A stretch of 64,000 bases of DNA from assembly GCF_041601375.1 (NCBI RefSeq), contig NZ_JBFIIG010000002.1, positions 11,046 to 75,045 on the forward strand, written 5' to 3'. Positions 55,919-64,000 of this stretch are shown here, one piece after another. The position numbers and the translations under genes were made by a program. How positions within the stretch are numbered: position 1 is the first letter of the stretch; every line of letters starts with the position of its first letter. Below the pieces are notes generated by a model that saw only the letters and a list, made by a program, of their open reading frames with translations, did not search any database and was not told the origin of the DNA. This stretch comes from Pseudomonas sp. (lineage in GTDB: Bacteria > Pseudomonadota > Gammaproteobacteria > Pseudomonadales > Pseudomonadaceae).

Positions 55919-56041
55919 GGAACGCGTCGCGAGCAATTTCAGCTGCAAGGCGCACGGCGCACAGTGACGAGACAGTACGGATGAGTACGGCGAGGAGCGA
56001 GCACCGCGCAACGCCGCAGATGGAATGCGCAGTAGCGTTCA
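55919..56041. mobile_element. MITE-like element, family C
   Basis: Short IRs GGAACGC / GCGTTCA; internal CAAGGCGC and CAACGCCGCAG motifs shared with families A and B; overlaps the urtC stop. Confidence 0.5.
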
Positions 56042-57127
56042 TGATGACTTCCTGCGCAGCAGGCCGATCACGCCCTTCGGCAGGAATAAGGTGACGACGA
56101 TAAACAGCAAGCCCAGAGCGAACAGCCAGTACTCGGGGAAGGCCACGGTGAACCAGCTCTTCATACCGTTGACCAAGCCGGCGCCGAGCAGCGGGCCGAT
56201 CAGCGTGCCGCGCCCGCCGAGGGCGACCCAGACGGCGGCTTCGATCGAGTTGGTCGGCGACATCTCGCTGGGGTTGATGATGCCGACCTGTGGCACATAG
56301 AGCGCGCCGGCCAGGCCACAGAGCACGGCCGACAGCACCCAGATAAACAGCTTGTAGCCGCGCGGGTCATAGCCGCAGAACATCAGGCGGTTCTCGGCAT
56401 CGCGCAACGCCGTCAGCACCCGGCCGAACTTGCTGCGCGCCAGCTTGAAGCCCAGGTACAGGCTGCCCACCAGCAGCGCCACTGTGGCGAGGAACAGCGC
56501 AGCGCGGGTGCCGGCGGCGGTGATATCGAAGTCGAGGATGCGGGTAAAACCGGTAAAGCCATTATTGCCGCCGAAGCCGGTCTCGTTGCGAAAGAACAGC
56601 AGCATGCCGGCGAAGGTCAGGGCCTGGGTCATGATCGAGAAGTACACGCCCTTGATCCGCGAACGGAAGGCGAAGAAGCCGAACACCAACGCCAACAGTC
56701 CGGGCGCCAGCACCACCAGGCACATGGCCCAGAGAAAGCTTGAGGTGCCGTACCAGTACCAGGGCAATTCGCTCCAGGCGAGAAAGCTCATAAAGGCCGG
56801 CAAACCGTCCCCCGCGCTCTGACGCATCAGGTACATGCCCATGGCGTAGCCGCCAAGCGCGAAGAACAGGCCGTGGCCCAGCGACAAAAGCCCTGCGTAA
56901 CCCCAAACCAGATCCAGGGCCAGGGCGACTATGGCGTAGCAGAGAATCTTGCCGACCAGGGTCAGGGTATAGGCCGAGATATGCAGGGCGTTGTCAGCCG
57001 GCAGCAGGTGCAGCAGTGGCAGGGCGACCAGCACGGCGAGCACCAGCAGTCCGATGGCGATGGACACTTGCGGGCCGAGTTTGGCGCTGGCGCGGGCCAG
57101 CAGGGTTTGGTTTATTGGCATAGTCAT
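56039..57127 (-). CDS. urtC: Urea ABC transporter permease
   Basis: DLVWGYAGLLSLGH, RIKGVYFSIMTQA, RDAENR. Confidence 0.95.
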   Translation of the reverse strand: MTMPINQTLLARASAKLGPQVSIAIGLLVLAVLVALPLLHLLPADNALHISAYTLTLVGKILCYAIVALALDLVWGYAGLLSLGHGLFFALGGYAMGMYLMRQSAGDGLPAFMSFLAWSELPWYWYGTSSFLWAMCLVVLAPGLLALVFGFFAFRSRIKGVYFSIMTQALTFAGMLLFFRNETGFGGNNGFTGFTRILDFDITAAGTRAALFLATVALLVGSLYLGFKLARSKFGRVLTALRDAENRLMFCGYDPRGYKLFIWVLSAVLCGLAGALYVPQVGIINPSEMSPTNSIEAAVWVALGGRGTLIGPLLGAGLVNGMKSWFTVAFPEYWLFALGLLFIVVTLFLPKGVIGLLRRKSS

Positions 57128-58698
57128 CAATCAATCACCCGACCCTTGAGAGCGAACAGACCTTGCGGGCGTTTCTGAATAAACAGAATGATCAGCGCGA
57201 GGATAAGAATCTTGCCGAGCACCGCGCCGATCTGCGGTTCGAGAATCTTGTTGGCGATGCCCAGGCCGAAGGCGGCCATCACGCTACCGGCCAATTGGCC
57301 GACGCCGCCAAGTACCACCACCAGGAAGGAGTCGATGATGTAGCTCTGCCCCAGGTCGGGGCCGACGTTGCCGATCTGGCTCAGGGCCACGCCACCGAGG
57401 CCGGCGATGCCCGAGCCAAGGCCGAAGGCAAGCATGTCCACACGGCCGGTCGGCACGCCGCAGCAGGCGGCCATATTGCGGTTCTGGGTGACCGCACGGA
57501 CGTTGAGGCCCAGGCGGGTCTTGTTCAGCAGCAGCCAGGTCAGCACCACCACAAACAGGGCGAAGCCGATGATGACGATGCGGTTGTACGGCAGCACCAG
57601 GTTCGGCAGCACCTGAATGCCGCCGCTCAACCAGTAAGGGTTGGCCACTTCGACGTTCTGCGCACCGAACACCACCCGTACCAGCTGGATCAGGATCAGG
57701 CTGATACCCCAGGTGGCGAGCAGGGTTTCCAGTGGTCGGCCGTAGAGGTGGCGGATCACGGTGCGTTCCAGGGCCATGCCGATGGCCGCAGTGACGAAGA
57801 AGGCCACCGGCAGCGCCACCAGCGGATACAGCGCCAAGGCCTCGGGGGCCAGACGCTGGAACAGTACCTGCACCATATAGGTGGAATAGGCGCCGAGCAT
57901 CAGCATCTCACCGTGGGCCATATTGATCACCCCGAGCAGGCCGAAGGTGATGGCCAGACCCAGCGCCGCCAGCAGCAGGATCGAGCCCAGCGACAGGCCG
58001 CTGAAGGCCTGGCCGAGCAATTCACCGATCAACAGTTTGCGTTTGACCTGGGCCAGGCTGGTTTGTGCGGCGGTGCGCACCGCTTCATCCTGTTCCACTG
58101 CGGGGTCGAGCAGGGTTTCCAGGCGGGTGCGGGCCAGCGGGTCGCCGGTTTCGCCGAGCAGGCGCACGGCGGCCAGGCGAATCGCCGGGTCACGGTCGAC
58201 CAGTTGCAGGTTGGCCAGGGCCAGGCTCAGGGCATCGCGCACTTGTGGATCGTCTTCGCTGGCGACTCGGGCGTTGAGCAAGGCGAGTTGCGCCGGCTTG
58301 GCGCTTTTCTGCAGATGTTGGGCGGCGGCCAGGCGCACGGCCGGGTCCTCGTCGAACAACTGATGGCTGGCCAGGGTGCTGGCGATCAGGCCGCGCAGGC
58401 GGTTGTTGAGGCGGATCTTCTTCGGTGTGCCGACGGGTTCGGCAGCGCCTTCGACGGCCTGGTAGCTGCCGTCGATTTCGATAAATGGCGTCTTGTCGCT
58501 GTCTGCGGCGAGGCGGCCTTGTTGCAAGGCTTCGAGCAAAGGCAGGCGCGCGGCATCGGGTGCGGCGGCCCAGCTCTCGAGGAGCTTGGCCTGTTTGGAT
58601 GAGCCGGCTGCGGCGAAGTCGGCGGCATCGCCGGCATGGCTGGCGAGCGGAAGCAGCAGGGTCAGAAATAGGAAGAAGCGGTACACGGCAGTGGGCAT
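57127..58698 (-). CDS. urtB: Urea ABC transporter permease (with N-terminal periplasmic helical domain)
   Basis: GLAITFGLLGVINMAHGE, LETLLATWG, RPQGLF. Confidence 0.95.
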   Translation of the reverse strand: MPTAVYRFFLFLTLLLPLASHAGDAADFAAAGSSKQAKLLESWAAAPDAARLPLLEALQQGRLAADSDKTPFIEIDGSYQAVEGAAEPVGTPKKIRLNNRLRGLIASTLASHQLFDEDPAVRLAAAQHLQKSAKPAQLALLNARVASEDDPQVRDALSLALANLQLVDRDPAIRLAAVRLLGETGDPLARTRLETLLDPAVEQDEAVRTAAQTSLAQVKRKLLIGELLGQAFSGLSLGSILLLAALGLAITFGLLGVINMAHGEMLMLGAYSTYMVQVLFQRLAPEALALYPLVALPVAFFVTAAIGMALERTVIRHLYGRPLETLLATWGISLILIQLVRVVFGAQNVEVANPYWLSGGIQVLPNLVLPYNRIVIIGFALFVVVLTWLLLNKTRLGLNVRAVTQNRNMAACCGVPTGRVDMLAFGLGSGIAGLGGVALSQIGNVGPDLGQSYIIDSFLVVVLGGVGQLAGSVMAAFGLGIANKILEPQIGAVLGKILILALIILFIQKRPQGLFALKGRVID

Positions 58699-58762
58699 AT
58701 CAGGAAAACCTTGGGACTACAGCGTAAGCCCCCTCGCCGAATTGGCAGAGAGGGCGCTTGCC

Positions 58763-58815
58763 GTAGCCCGGATGCAATCCGGGAATAGCTGCTCCCCGGA
58801 TTGCATCCGGGCTAC
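58763..58815. repeat. REP doublet (GTAGCCCGGATGCAATCCGGG family)
   Basis: Perfect inverted pair GTAGCCCGGATGCAATCCGGG...CCCGGATTGCATCCGGGCTAC. Confidence 0.9.
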
Positions 58816-58823
58816 GAAGTCGC

Positions 58824-60092
58824 TTAGTTCGACTTCACCGCGTAATCCGGCTTCTTGTCGTTGCCTTCTATATACGGGCTCCATGGCTGGGCGCGGATCG
58901 GGCTGCTGGTTTCCCAGACCACGGAGAACTGACCGTCATCCTGGATTTCACCGATCATCACCGGCTTGTGCAGGTGGTGGTTGGTCTTGTCCATGGTCAG
59001 GGTGTAGCCGCTCGGTGCGGCGAAGGTCTGGCCGGCGAGGGCATCGCGGACTTTGTCGACATCGGTGGTGCCGGCTTTTTCCACGGCCTGGGCCCACATG
59101 TTGATGCCCACGTAAGTGGCTTCCATCGGGTCGTTGGTCACCGCCTTGTCGGCGCCCGGCAGGTTCTTGGCCTTGGCGTAGGCCTTCCACTTGTCGACGA
59201 ATTCGCTGTTGACCGGGTTTTCCACCGACTGGAAGTAGTTCCAGGCGGCGAGGTGGCCGACCAGCGGCTTGGTGTCGATGCCGCGCAGTTCCTCTTCGCC
59301 CACCGAGAAGGCCACGACCGGCACATCGGTGGCTTCCAGGCCCTGGTTGGCCAGTTCCTTGTAGAAGGGCACGTTGGAATCGCCATTGACCGTGGAGATC
59401 ACCGCGGTCTTGCCGCCGGCGGAGAACTTCTTGATGTTGGCGACAATGGTTTGATAGTCGCTATGACCGAAGGGGGTGTAGACCTCTTCGATATCCTTCT
59501 CGGCCACGCCTTTGGAGATCAGGAAGGCGCGCAGGATCTTGTTGGTGGTACGCGGGTAGACGTAGTCGGTGCCGAGCAGGAAGTAGCGCTTGGCCGCGCC
59601 GCCGTCTTCGCTCATCAGGTACTCGACCGCCGGGATGGCCTGCTGGTTAGGCGCGGCGCCGGTGTAGAAGACGTTCGGCGACAGCTCTTCGCCTTCGTAC
59701 TGCACCGGGTAGAACAACAGGCCGTTGAGCTCTTCGTAGACCGGCAGCACGGATTTGCGCGATACCGAAGTCCAGCAGCCGAAGGTCACGTCGACTTTAT
59801 CCTGGGTCAGCAGCTGGCGTGCGCGCTCGGCGAACAGCGGCCAGTTGGAGGCGGGGTCGACCACCACCGGCTCGAGTTGCTTGCCGAGCACGCCGCCCTT
59901 GGCGTTGATCTCGTCGATGGTCATCAGCGCCATGTCTTTCAGCGAGGTTTCCGAAATGGCCATGGTGCCGGACAGTGAGTGGAGGATGCCGACCTTGATG
60001 GTTTCGGCGGCCTGCACGGTGAAGGGGAACAGGCCGCTGAGCAGCAGGGCGCTGGCGGCGATCGTCGATTTCAGCAGGGGACGGCGTTTCAT
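58824..60092 (-). CDS. urtA: Urea ABC transporter substrate-binding protein
   Basis: GILHSLSGTMAISE, GCWTSVSRK, YPVQYEG, PNQQ; start 60092 or 60098. Confidence 0.96.
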   Translation of the reverse strand: MKRRPLLKSTIAASALLLSGLFPFTVQAAETIKVGILHSLSGTMAISETSLKDMALMTIDEINAKGGVLGKQLEPVVVDPASNWPLFAERARQLLTQDKVDVTFGCWTSVSRKSVLPVYEELNGLLFYPVQYEGEELSPNVFYTGAAPNQQAIPAVEYLMSEDGGAAKRYFLLGTDYVYPRTTNKILRAFLISKGVAEKDIEEVYTPFGHSDYQTIVANIKKFSAGGKTAVISTVNGDSNVPFYKELANQGLEATDVPVVAFSVGEEELRGIDTKPLVGHLAAWNYFQSVENPVNSEFVDKWKAYAKAKNLPGADKAVTNDPMEATYVGINMWAQAVEKAGTTDVDKVRDALAGQTFAAPSGYTLTMDKTNHHLHKPVMIGEIQDDGQFSVVWETSSPIRAQPWSPYIEGNDKKPDYAVKSN

Positions 60093-60146
60093 TGTCATGG
60101 CTCCGTGCGCAACTGTTGGGTGGGACCTAGAGGTCGTCAGTCCAAT

Positions 60147-60162
60147 CGCAGCATCCGTGCCA
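60147..60162 (-). promoter_or_regulatory. Sigma54 promoter of the urt/ure operon
   Basis: Minus strand TGGCACGGATGCTGCG (GG-N10-GC). Confidence 0.82.
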
Positions 60163-60169
60163 ATCAGCG

Positions 60170-60182
60170 CAAGAGCTTGATT
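60170..60182 (-). promoter_or_regulatory. IHF site
   Basis: AATCAAGCTCTTG matches WATCAANNNNTTR. Confidence 0.7.
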
Positions 60183-60227
60183 TAAATGGTTTCACTCATC
60201 TTCTGCAGGAGTCGCACGAGGCTTTGA

Positions 60228-60244
60228 TGCGCAGCTTTGGTGCA
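60228..60244. promoter_or_regulatory. NtrC-like binding site
   Basis: TGCGCAGCTTTGGTGCA versus the consensus TGCACC-N5-GGTGCA. Confidence 0.65.
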
Positions 60245-60287
60245 ACTATCGCGCTGACGTGCGCTCCAGGCGCATCCCTGCACCGCT

Positions 60288-60884
60288 TTAGAGCTCGAGG
60301 TAGTTCTTTACCCCGGTGAAGATGATCTGCGCAGCCAGGGCGCAGACGAACAGGCCCATCAGGCGGCTGACGATCTGCAGGCCCTGCTCGCCGAGCAGGC
60401 GTTCGAACTGGTTGGACATATACAGCACCACGCCGACGGTGACGCTGGCCAGGGCGATGCCGACTACCGCCAGCGCTTTGTCGCCCCAGGCTGGCTGGCT
60501 GGCGCCCATCAGCAGCAGGGCTCCGATGGTGCCGGGACCGACGGTGAGCGGGATGGTCAGCGGCACTATGGTCACGTCCTGCTGCACGTTGTCGCTCTGC
60601 ACCGCCGATTTGCCCTGGGCCATGCCCAGCGCCGAGATGAACAGCACGCTGCCGGCGCCGATGCGGAAGGCGTCGATGGTGATGCCGAACAGGGTGAAGA
60701 TGTGCCTGCCGAACAGGTACAGCAGCAGGCTGGCGATCAGCACGCCGGCGGCGACTTTCCAGGCCAGGCGCTTGCGCTCCTTGACCGTGTAGCCGCGGCT
60801 CAGGCCGATGAAGCAGGACAACACGAAGAACGGGCTGTAGAGCACCAGTAACTTCAGATACAGACTGAACAGCTCGGACGCCAT
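60288..60884 (-). CDS. MarC family membrane protein
   Basis: LFGITIDAFRIGAG, VPLTIPLTVGPG, SRLMGLFV. Confidence 0.92.
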   Translation of the reverse strand: MASELFSLYLKLLVLYSPFFVLSCFIGLSRGYTVKERKRLAWKVAAGVLIASLLLYLFGRHIFTLFGITIDAFRIGAGSVLFISALGMAQGKSAVQSDNVQQDVTIVPLTIPLTVGPGTIGALLLMGASQPAWGDKALAVVGIALASVTVGVVLYMSNQFERLLGEQGLQIVSRLMGLFVCALAAQIIFTGVKNYLEL

Positions 60885-61102
60885 GGGGGTGGACTCGTCT
60901 CTTGGATAATGGGGGCGTGGCCGGCAGCGCCGGCGGCGTCTGCATGATCCTGGATTGTCGGCTCGATCTCCAGTGCCCGCTGCGGTAATTGCGCGCGCAC
61001 GCCAGGCAACCGTTCGGCAGTCGAAGCGCAGCCGGGGAACGGCTTCGGCTATACCTGTTGGCTTAAGCACTGTTGGCAATGGCTGCATGCCGGGAGCGGC
61101 GG

Positions 61103-61372
61103 ATGGCACGGATCAGCTTCACCCCCAACCTGCAGCGTCACCTCGATGTGGCGCCCTGTGTGGTAACGGGCGACACGGTCGCCGCCGCGCTGGCCGAGGT
61201 GTTCGCCGTCAACCCGCGGCTGCGCAGTTACCTGCTGGACGACCAGGGGCAGCTGCGCCGGCATGTGATGATCTTCGTCGATGGCGAGCGAATCGGCGAC
61301 CGCCGCCACCTGAGCGACAGGGTCGGCACCGACAGCGAGGTCTATGTGGTGCAGGCGCTTTCCGGCGGCTAG
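61103..61372 (+). CDS. MoaD/ThiS family ubiquitin-like protein
   Basis: Beta-grasp pattern (GDTVAAAL, LRRHVMIFVDG) ending QALSGG. Confidence 0.9.
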   Translation: MARISFTPNLQRHLDVAPCVVTGDTVAAALAEVFAVNPRLRSYLLDDQGQLRRHVMIFVDGERIGDRRHLSDRVGTDSEVYVVQALSGG

Positions 61373-61441
61373 CGAGCCGTTTTTAACCCAGGATTCGGCA
61401 ACGCAGGTCGTTTTTCAACCGCCTGCTGGAGGGAGAACGAT

Positions 61442-62518
61442 ATGGCGGATGTGCTCTATGTGGCTACGCGCAAGGGCTTGCTGACCTTCGCCCGCGCTGG
61501 CGGGATCTGGCAGCTGGCGCGCACGGACTTTCTTGGCGAGCCGGTCAGCATGGTCCTGGCCGATCGCCGCGACGGTCATCTGTACGCGGCCCTCGACCTG
61601 GGGCATTTCGGCCCGAAACTATGGCGCTCGACGGATGCCGGGCAGCACTGGCAGGAGATCGCCGCGCCGGCCTTCGCCGCCGAGGAAGAGGGCGAAGGAC
61701 CGTCGGTGACGATGATCTGGTCGCTGGAAGGTGGCGGCGCCGATCGACCCGGAAGCCTGTGGGCCGGCACTCTGCCGGGCGCCTTGTTCCACTCGGCGGA
61801 TCACGGCGACTCCTGGCAGTTGAACCAGGCGTTGTGGCAGCGTCCGGAGCGGGCCCAGTGGTTCGGTGGCGGTTACGACCAGCCGGGCATCCACTCGATC
61901 TGCATCGACCCGCGCGACAGTGCGCGGTTGCGCGTGGCGGTGTCCTGCGGCGGGGTCTGGTGCAGCGACGACGGCGGCGTCAACTGGGCCTGCCGCACCC
62001 AGGGCATGCGCGCCGCCTATATGCCGGCGGAACAGGCGCAGACTCCGGAGATCCAGGATCCGCACCGCATGCAGGCCTGCCCGGCCGCACCCGAGACCCT
62101 CTGGGTGCAGCACCATAACGGCATCTTCCTGTCCCGCGACGATGCCGTGCACTGGCAGGAGCTGCTCGACGTCGAACCCTCGGGCTTCGGTTTCGCCCTG
62201 GCGGTGCACCCCCGCGAGCCGGAAACGGCCTGGTTCGTGCCGGCGGTGAAGGATGAATGCCGGGTGCCGGTGGGCCAGCGTCTGCTGGTGAACCGCACCC
62301 GCGATGGCGGGCAGAGTTTCGAGAGCTTGAGCAGGGGCTTGCCGCAAACCGACTGCTTCGACCTGGTCTATCGCCATGCCCTGGAGGTGGACGAGAGCGG
62401 GCAGCGCCTGGCGATGGGCTCGACCACCGGCCATCTGTGGCTATCGGACGACCAGGGCGACAGCTGGCAGGCGTTGGCCGGCAACCTGCCGCCGATCTAT
62501 GCGCTGCGCTTTGCCTGA
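61442..62518 (+). CDS. BNR/Asp-box repeat beta-propeller protein (sialidase-like fold)
   Basis: Repeated S-x-D-x-G-x-x-W boxes; ATRKGL, WFGGG, QHHNG. Confidence 0.88.
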   Translation: MADVLYVATRKGLLTFARAGGIWQLARTDFLGEPVSMVLADRRDGHLYAALDLGHFGPKLWRSTDAGQHWQEIAAPAFAAEEEGEGPSVTMIWSLEGGGADRPGSLWAGTLPGALFHSADHGDSWQLNQALWQRPERAQWFGGGYDQPGIHSICIDPRDSARLRVAVSCGGVWCSDDGGVNWACRTQGMRAAYMPAEQAQTPEIQDPHRMQACPAAPETLWVQHHNGIFLSRDDAVHWQELLDVEPSGFGFALAVHPREPETAWFVPAVKDECRVPVGQRLLVNRTRDGGQSFESLSRGLPQTDCFDLVYRHALEVDESGQRLAMGSTTGHLWLSDDQGDSWQALAGNLPPIYALRFA

Positions 62519-62534
62519 AACGCCGCCGGCTGGT

Positions 62535-64000
62535 TCAGGGCAGGGCCTCGCGCGGCTGGCCGATCTCGCGCTGGGCGATCCAGTATTCGAGCAGTTCGCG
62601 CAATTGCGAGAGTTCCACCGGCTTGGCCATGTGGCCGTCCATGCCGGCCTCCCGTGCCCGTTCCTTGTGTTCGTTGAGGATGTGCGCGGTCAAGGCCACC
62701 ACCGGCGTGCGTGGGCGCTGTTCGGCGGCTTCCCAGGCGCGCAGTTGCTGGGTGGCGGAGAAACCGTCGAGTACCGGCATCTCGCAGTCCATCAGCACCA
62801 GGTCGTAGTGCTGCGCCTTCATCGCGTTCAGCGCTTCCTCGCCATTGCTGGCGGTGTCCGGTTGCAGCTTGAGCTTGCCGAGCATGCCGCGGATCACCTT
62901 GGTCGAGATGCTGTTGTCTTCGGCGACCAGGATGCGGAAATCGCTCGGCACATTCAGCGGGGCGCTGACCTGGGTCGGGGTGAACACCGGCGAGCCGTCG
63001 CCGCCGCGCTGGGACAGTTCATCGGCCAGGGTGGTTTTCAGGGTGTAGCCGGCCACCGGCTTGGCCAGGATGCGTTTGATCCCGGCATTGCGCGCGATGA
63101 TCTTGCTCGGCGCATTGCTGATGCCGGTGAGCATGATCAGCAGGATGTCGTGGTTGAGGCTGGGGTCTTCCTTGATCTTCGCCGCCAACTGCATGCCGGT
63201 CATGCCGGGCATGTCCTGGTCGAGCAGCACCACGTCGAAGTATTCGCGCATGTGCGCCTTGGTGCGCAGCAGGGCCAGGGCTTCCTTGCCCGAGGGCACG
63301 GCGCTGACCTGCAGGCCCCAGGCATTGCATTGCTGCACCAGGACTTTGCGGCAGGTGTCGTTGTCATCCACCACCAGCAGGCGCGCGCCCTGCAGCGGGC
63401 CATCGAGGTCGGCGGTGGGCTGTTCGAGGCGCTGGCTGTCCAGGGGCAGGGTCAGCCACAGGGTCGAGCCCTGGGCGCCGCCGCTCTGGATGCCGAACTC
63501 GCCGTGCATCAGGCGCACCAGCTGACGGGCGATGACCAGGCCGAGGCGGCCACCGAGTTGGGTCGCGGCGAGGAAGTCCTTGCTGTGCAGTTCGGCATTG
63601 AGCAGGGCGTCGCGTTCGCTGGCCTGCAGCGGGCGACCGCTGTCCTGCACGGCGATGCGCAAGCGCGGTTGCTCGGCGCCGCTGTCGAGGGCCACGACCA
63701 GGAGGATTTCGCCTTCGTCGGTCTGCTTGAAGGCATTGTCGAGCAGGCTCAGCAAGGCCTGGCGCAAACGCGTCGGGTCACCGCTGATCACCCGCGGTAC
63801 CTGTGGTTGCATGAAGCTGATCAGTTCGACCTTCTGCTGCTCGGCCTTGGCGCGGAAGATGTCCAGGCAATCCTCGATCAGTGCATTGAGGTCGAACTGC
63901 ACGTCGTCCAGTTCGATCTGCCCGGATTCGAGCTTGGATATGTCGAGAATCTCGTTGATCAGGGCCAGCAGTTCGTTGCCCGAACTGTGGATGGTCTGCA
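62535..64000 (-). CDS. retS: Hybrid sensor kinase with two receiver domains, RetS-like (5' end outside the window)
   Basis: End of HisKA (LLALINEILDISKLE), degenerate HATPase, two REC domains (LLDQDMP, LMDCEMP); upstream of marC-urtA as recalled for P. aeruginosa. Confidence 0.85.
   Translation of the reverse strand, partial: QTIHSSGNELLALINEILDISKLESGQIELDDVQFDLNALIEDCLDIFRAKAEQQKVELISFMQPQVPRVISGDPTRLRQALLSLLDNAFKQTDEGEILLVVALDSGAEQPRLRIAVQDSGRPLQASERDALLNAELHSKDFLAATQLGGRLGLVIARQLVRLMHGEFGIQSGGAQGSTLWLTLPLDSQRLEQPTADLDGPLQGARLLVVDDNDTCRKVLVQQCNAWGLQVSAVPSGKEALALLRTKAHMREYFDVVLLDQDMPGMTGMQLAAKIKEDPSLNHDILLIMLTGISNAPSKIIARNAGIKRILAKPVAGYTLKTTLADELSQRGGDGSPVFTPTQVSAPLNVPSDFRILVAEDNSISTKVIRGMLGKLKLQPDTASNGEEALNAMKAQHYDLVLMDCEMPVLDGFSATQQLRAWEAAEQRPRTPVVALTAHILNEHKERAREAGMDGHMAKPVELSQLRELLEYWIAQREIGQPREALP

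Noticed and set aside
61055-61077. Direct repeat CTGTTGGC-N7-CTGTTGGC upstream of the ubiquitin-like gene
   Set aside because: An 8-bp pair can arise by chance; no cognate regulator nearby

Overview
GC-rich Pseudomonas-type chromosomal segment. Most of it is conserved core backbone: psd, rhodanese, HDOD, motAB, rsgA, orn, queG, nnr, tsaE, amiB, mutL, miaA, hfq, hflXKC, hisZ, purA, an MCP, tRNA-Leu(CAG), rnr, rlmB, rpsF, rpsR, rplI and dnaB; then alr, a 7TM GGDEF cyclase, ygiQ and yegD; then ureCBAD, urtEDCBA, marC and the 3' part of a RetS-like hybrid kinase. The standout is an accessory block between dnaB and alr (about 32.7-39.1 kb). It carries a WYL regulator/VOC pair with a palindromic operator and a five-gene redox operon. 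The operon encodes a NirB-type NAD(P)H flavoprotein/[2Fe-2S] protein fused to a predicted di-heme-b membrane domain, an 11-motif multiheme cytochrome c, a Tll0287/DUF3365-like monoheme lipoprotein, a cytochrome c5 and a single-domain globin. It is preceded by a sigma54 promoter and an ANTAR(NasT)-type twin-hairpin/terminator leader. I infer an uncharacterised nitrogen-regulated transmembrane electron conduit, probably linked to nitrite/NO chemistry. The window also holds a MITE family with 3-bp TGA target duplications at stop codons, several REP families and a few small accessory insertions. I found no CRISPR array, rRNA, transposase or integrase. All calls come from motif reading and recalled gene families and synteny; no searches were run.
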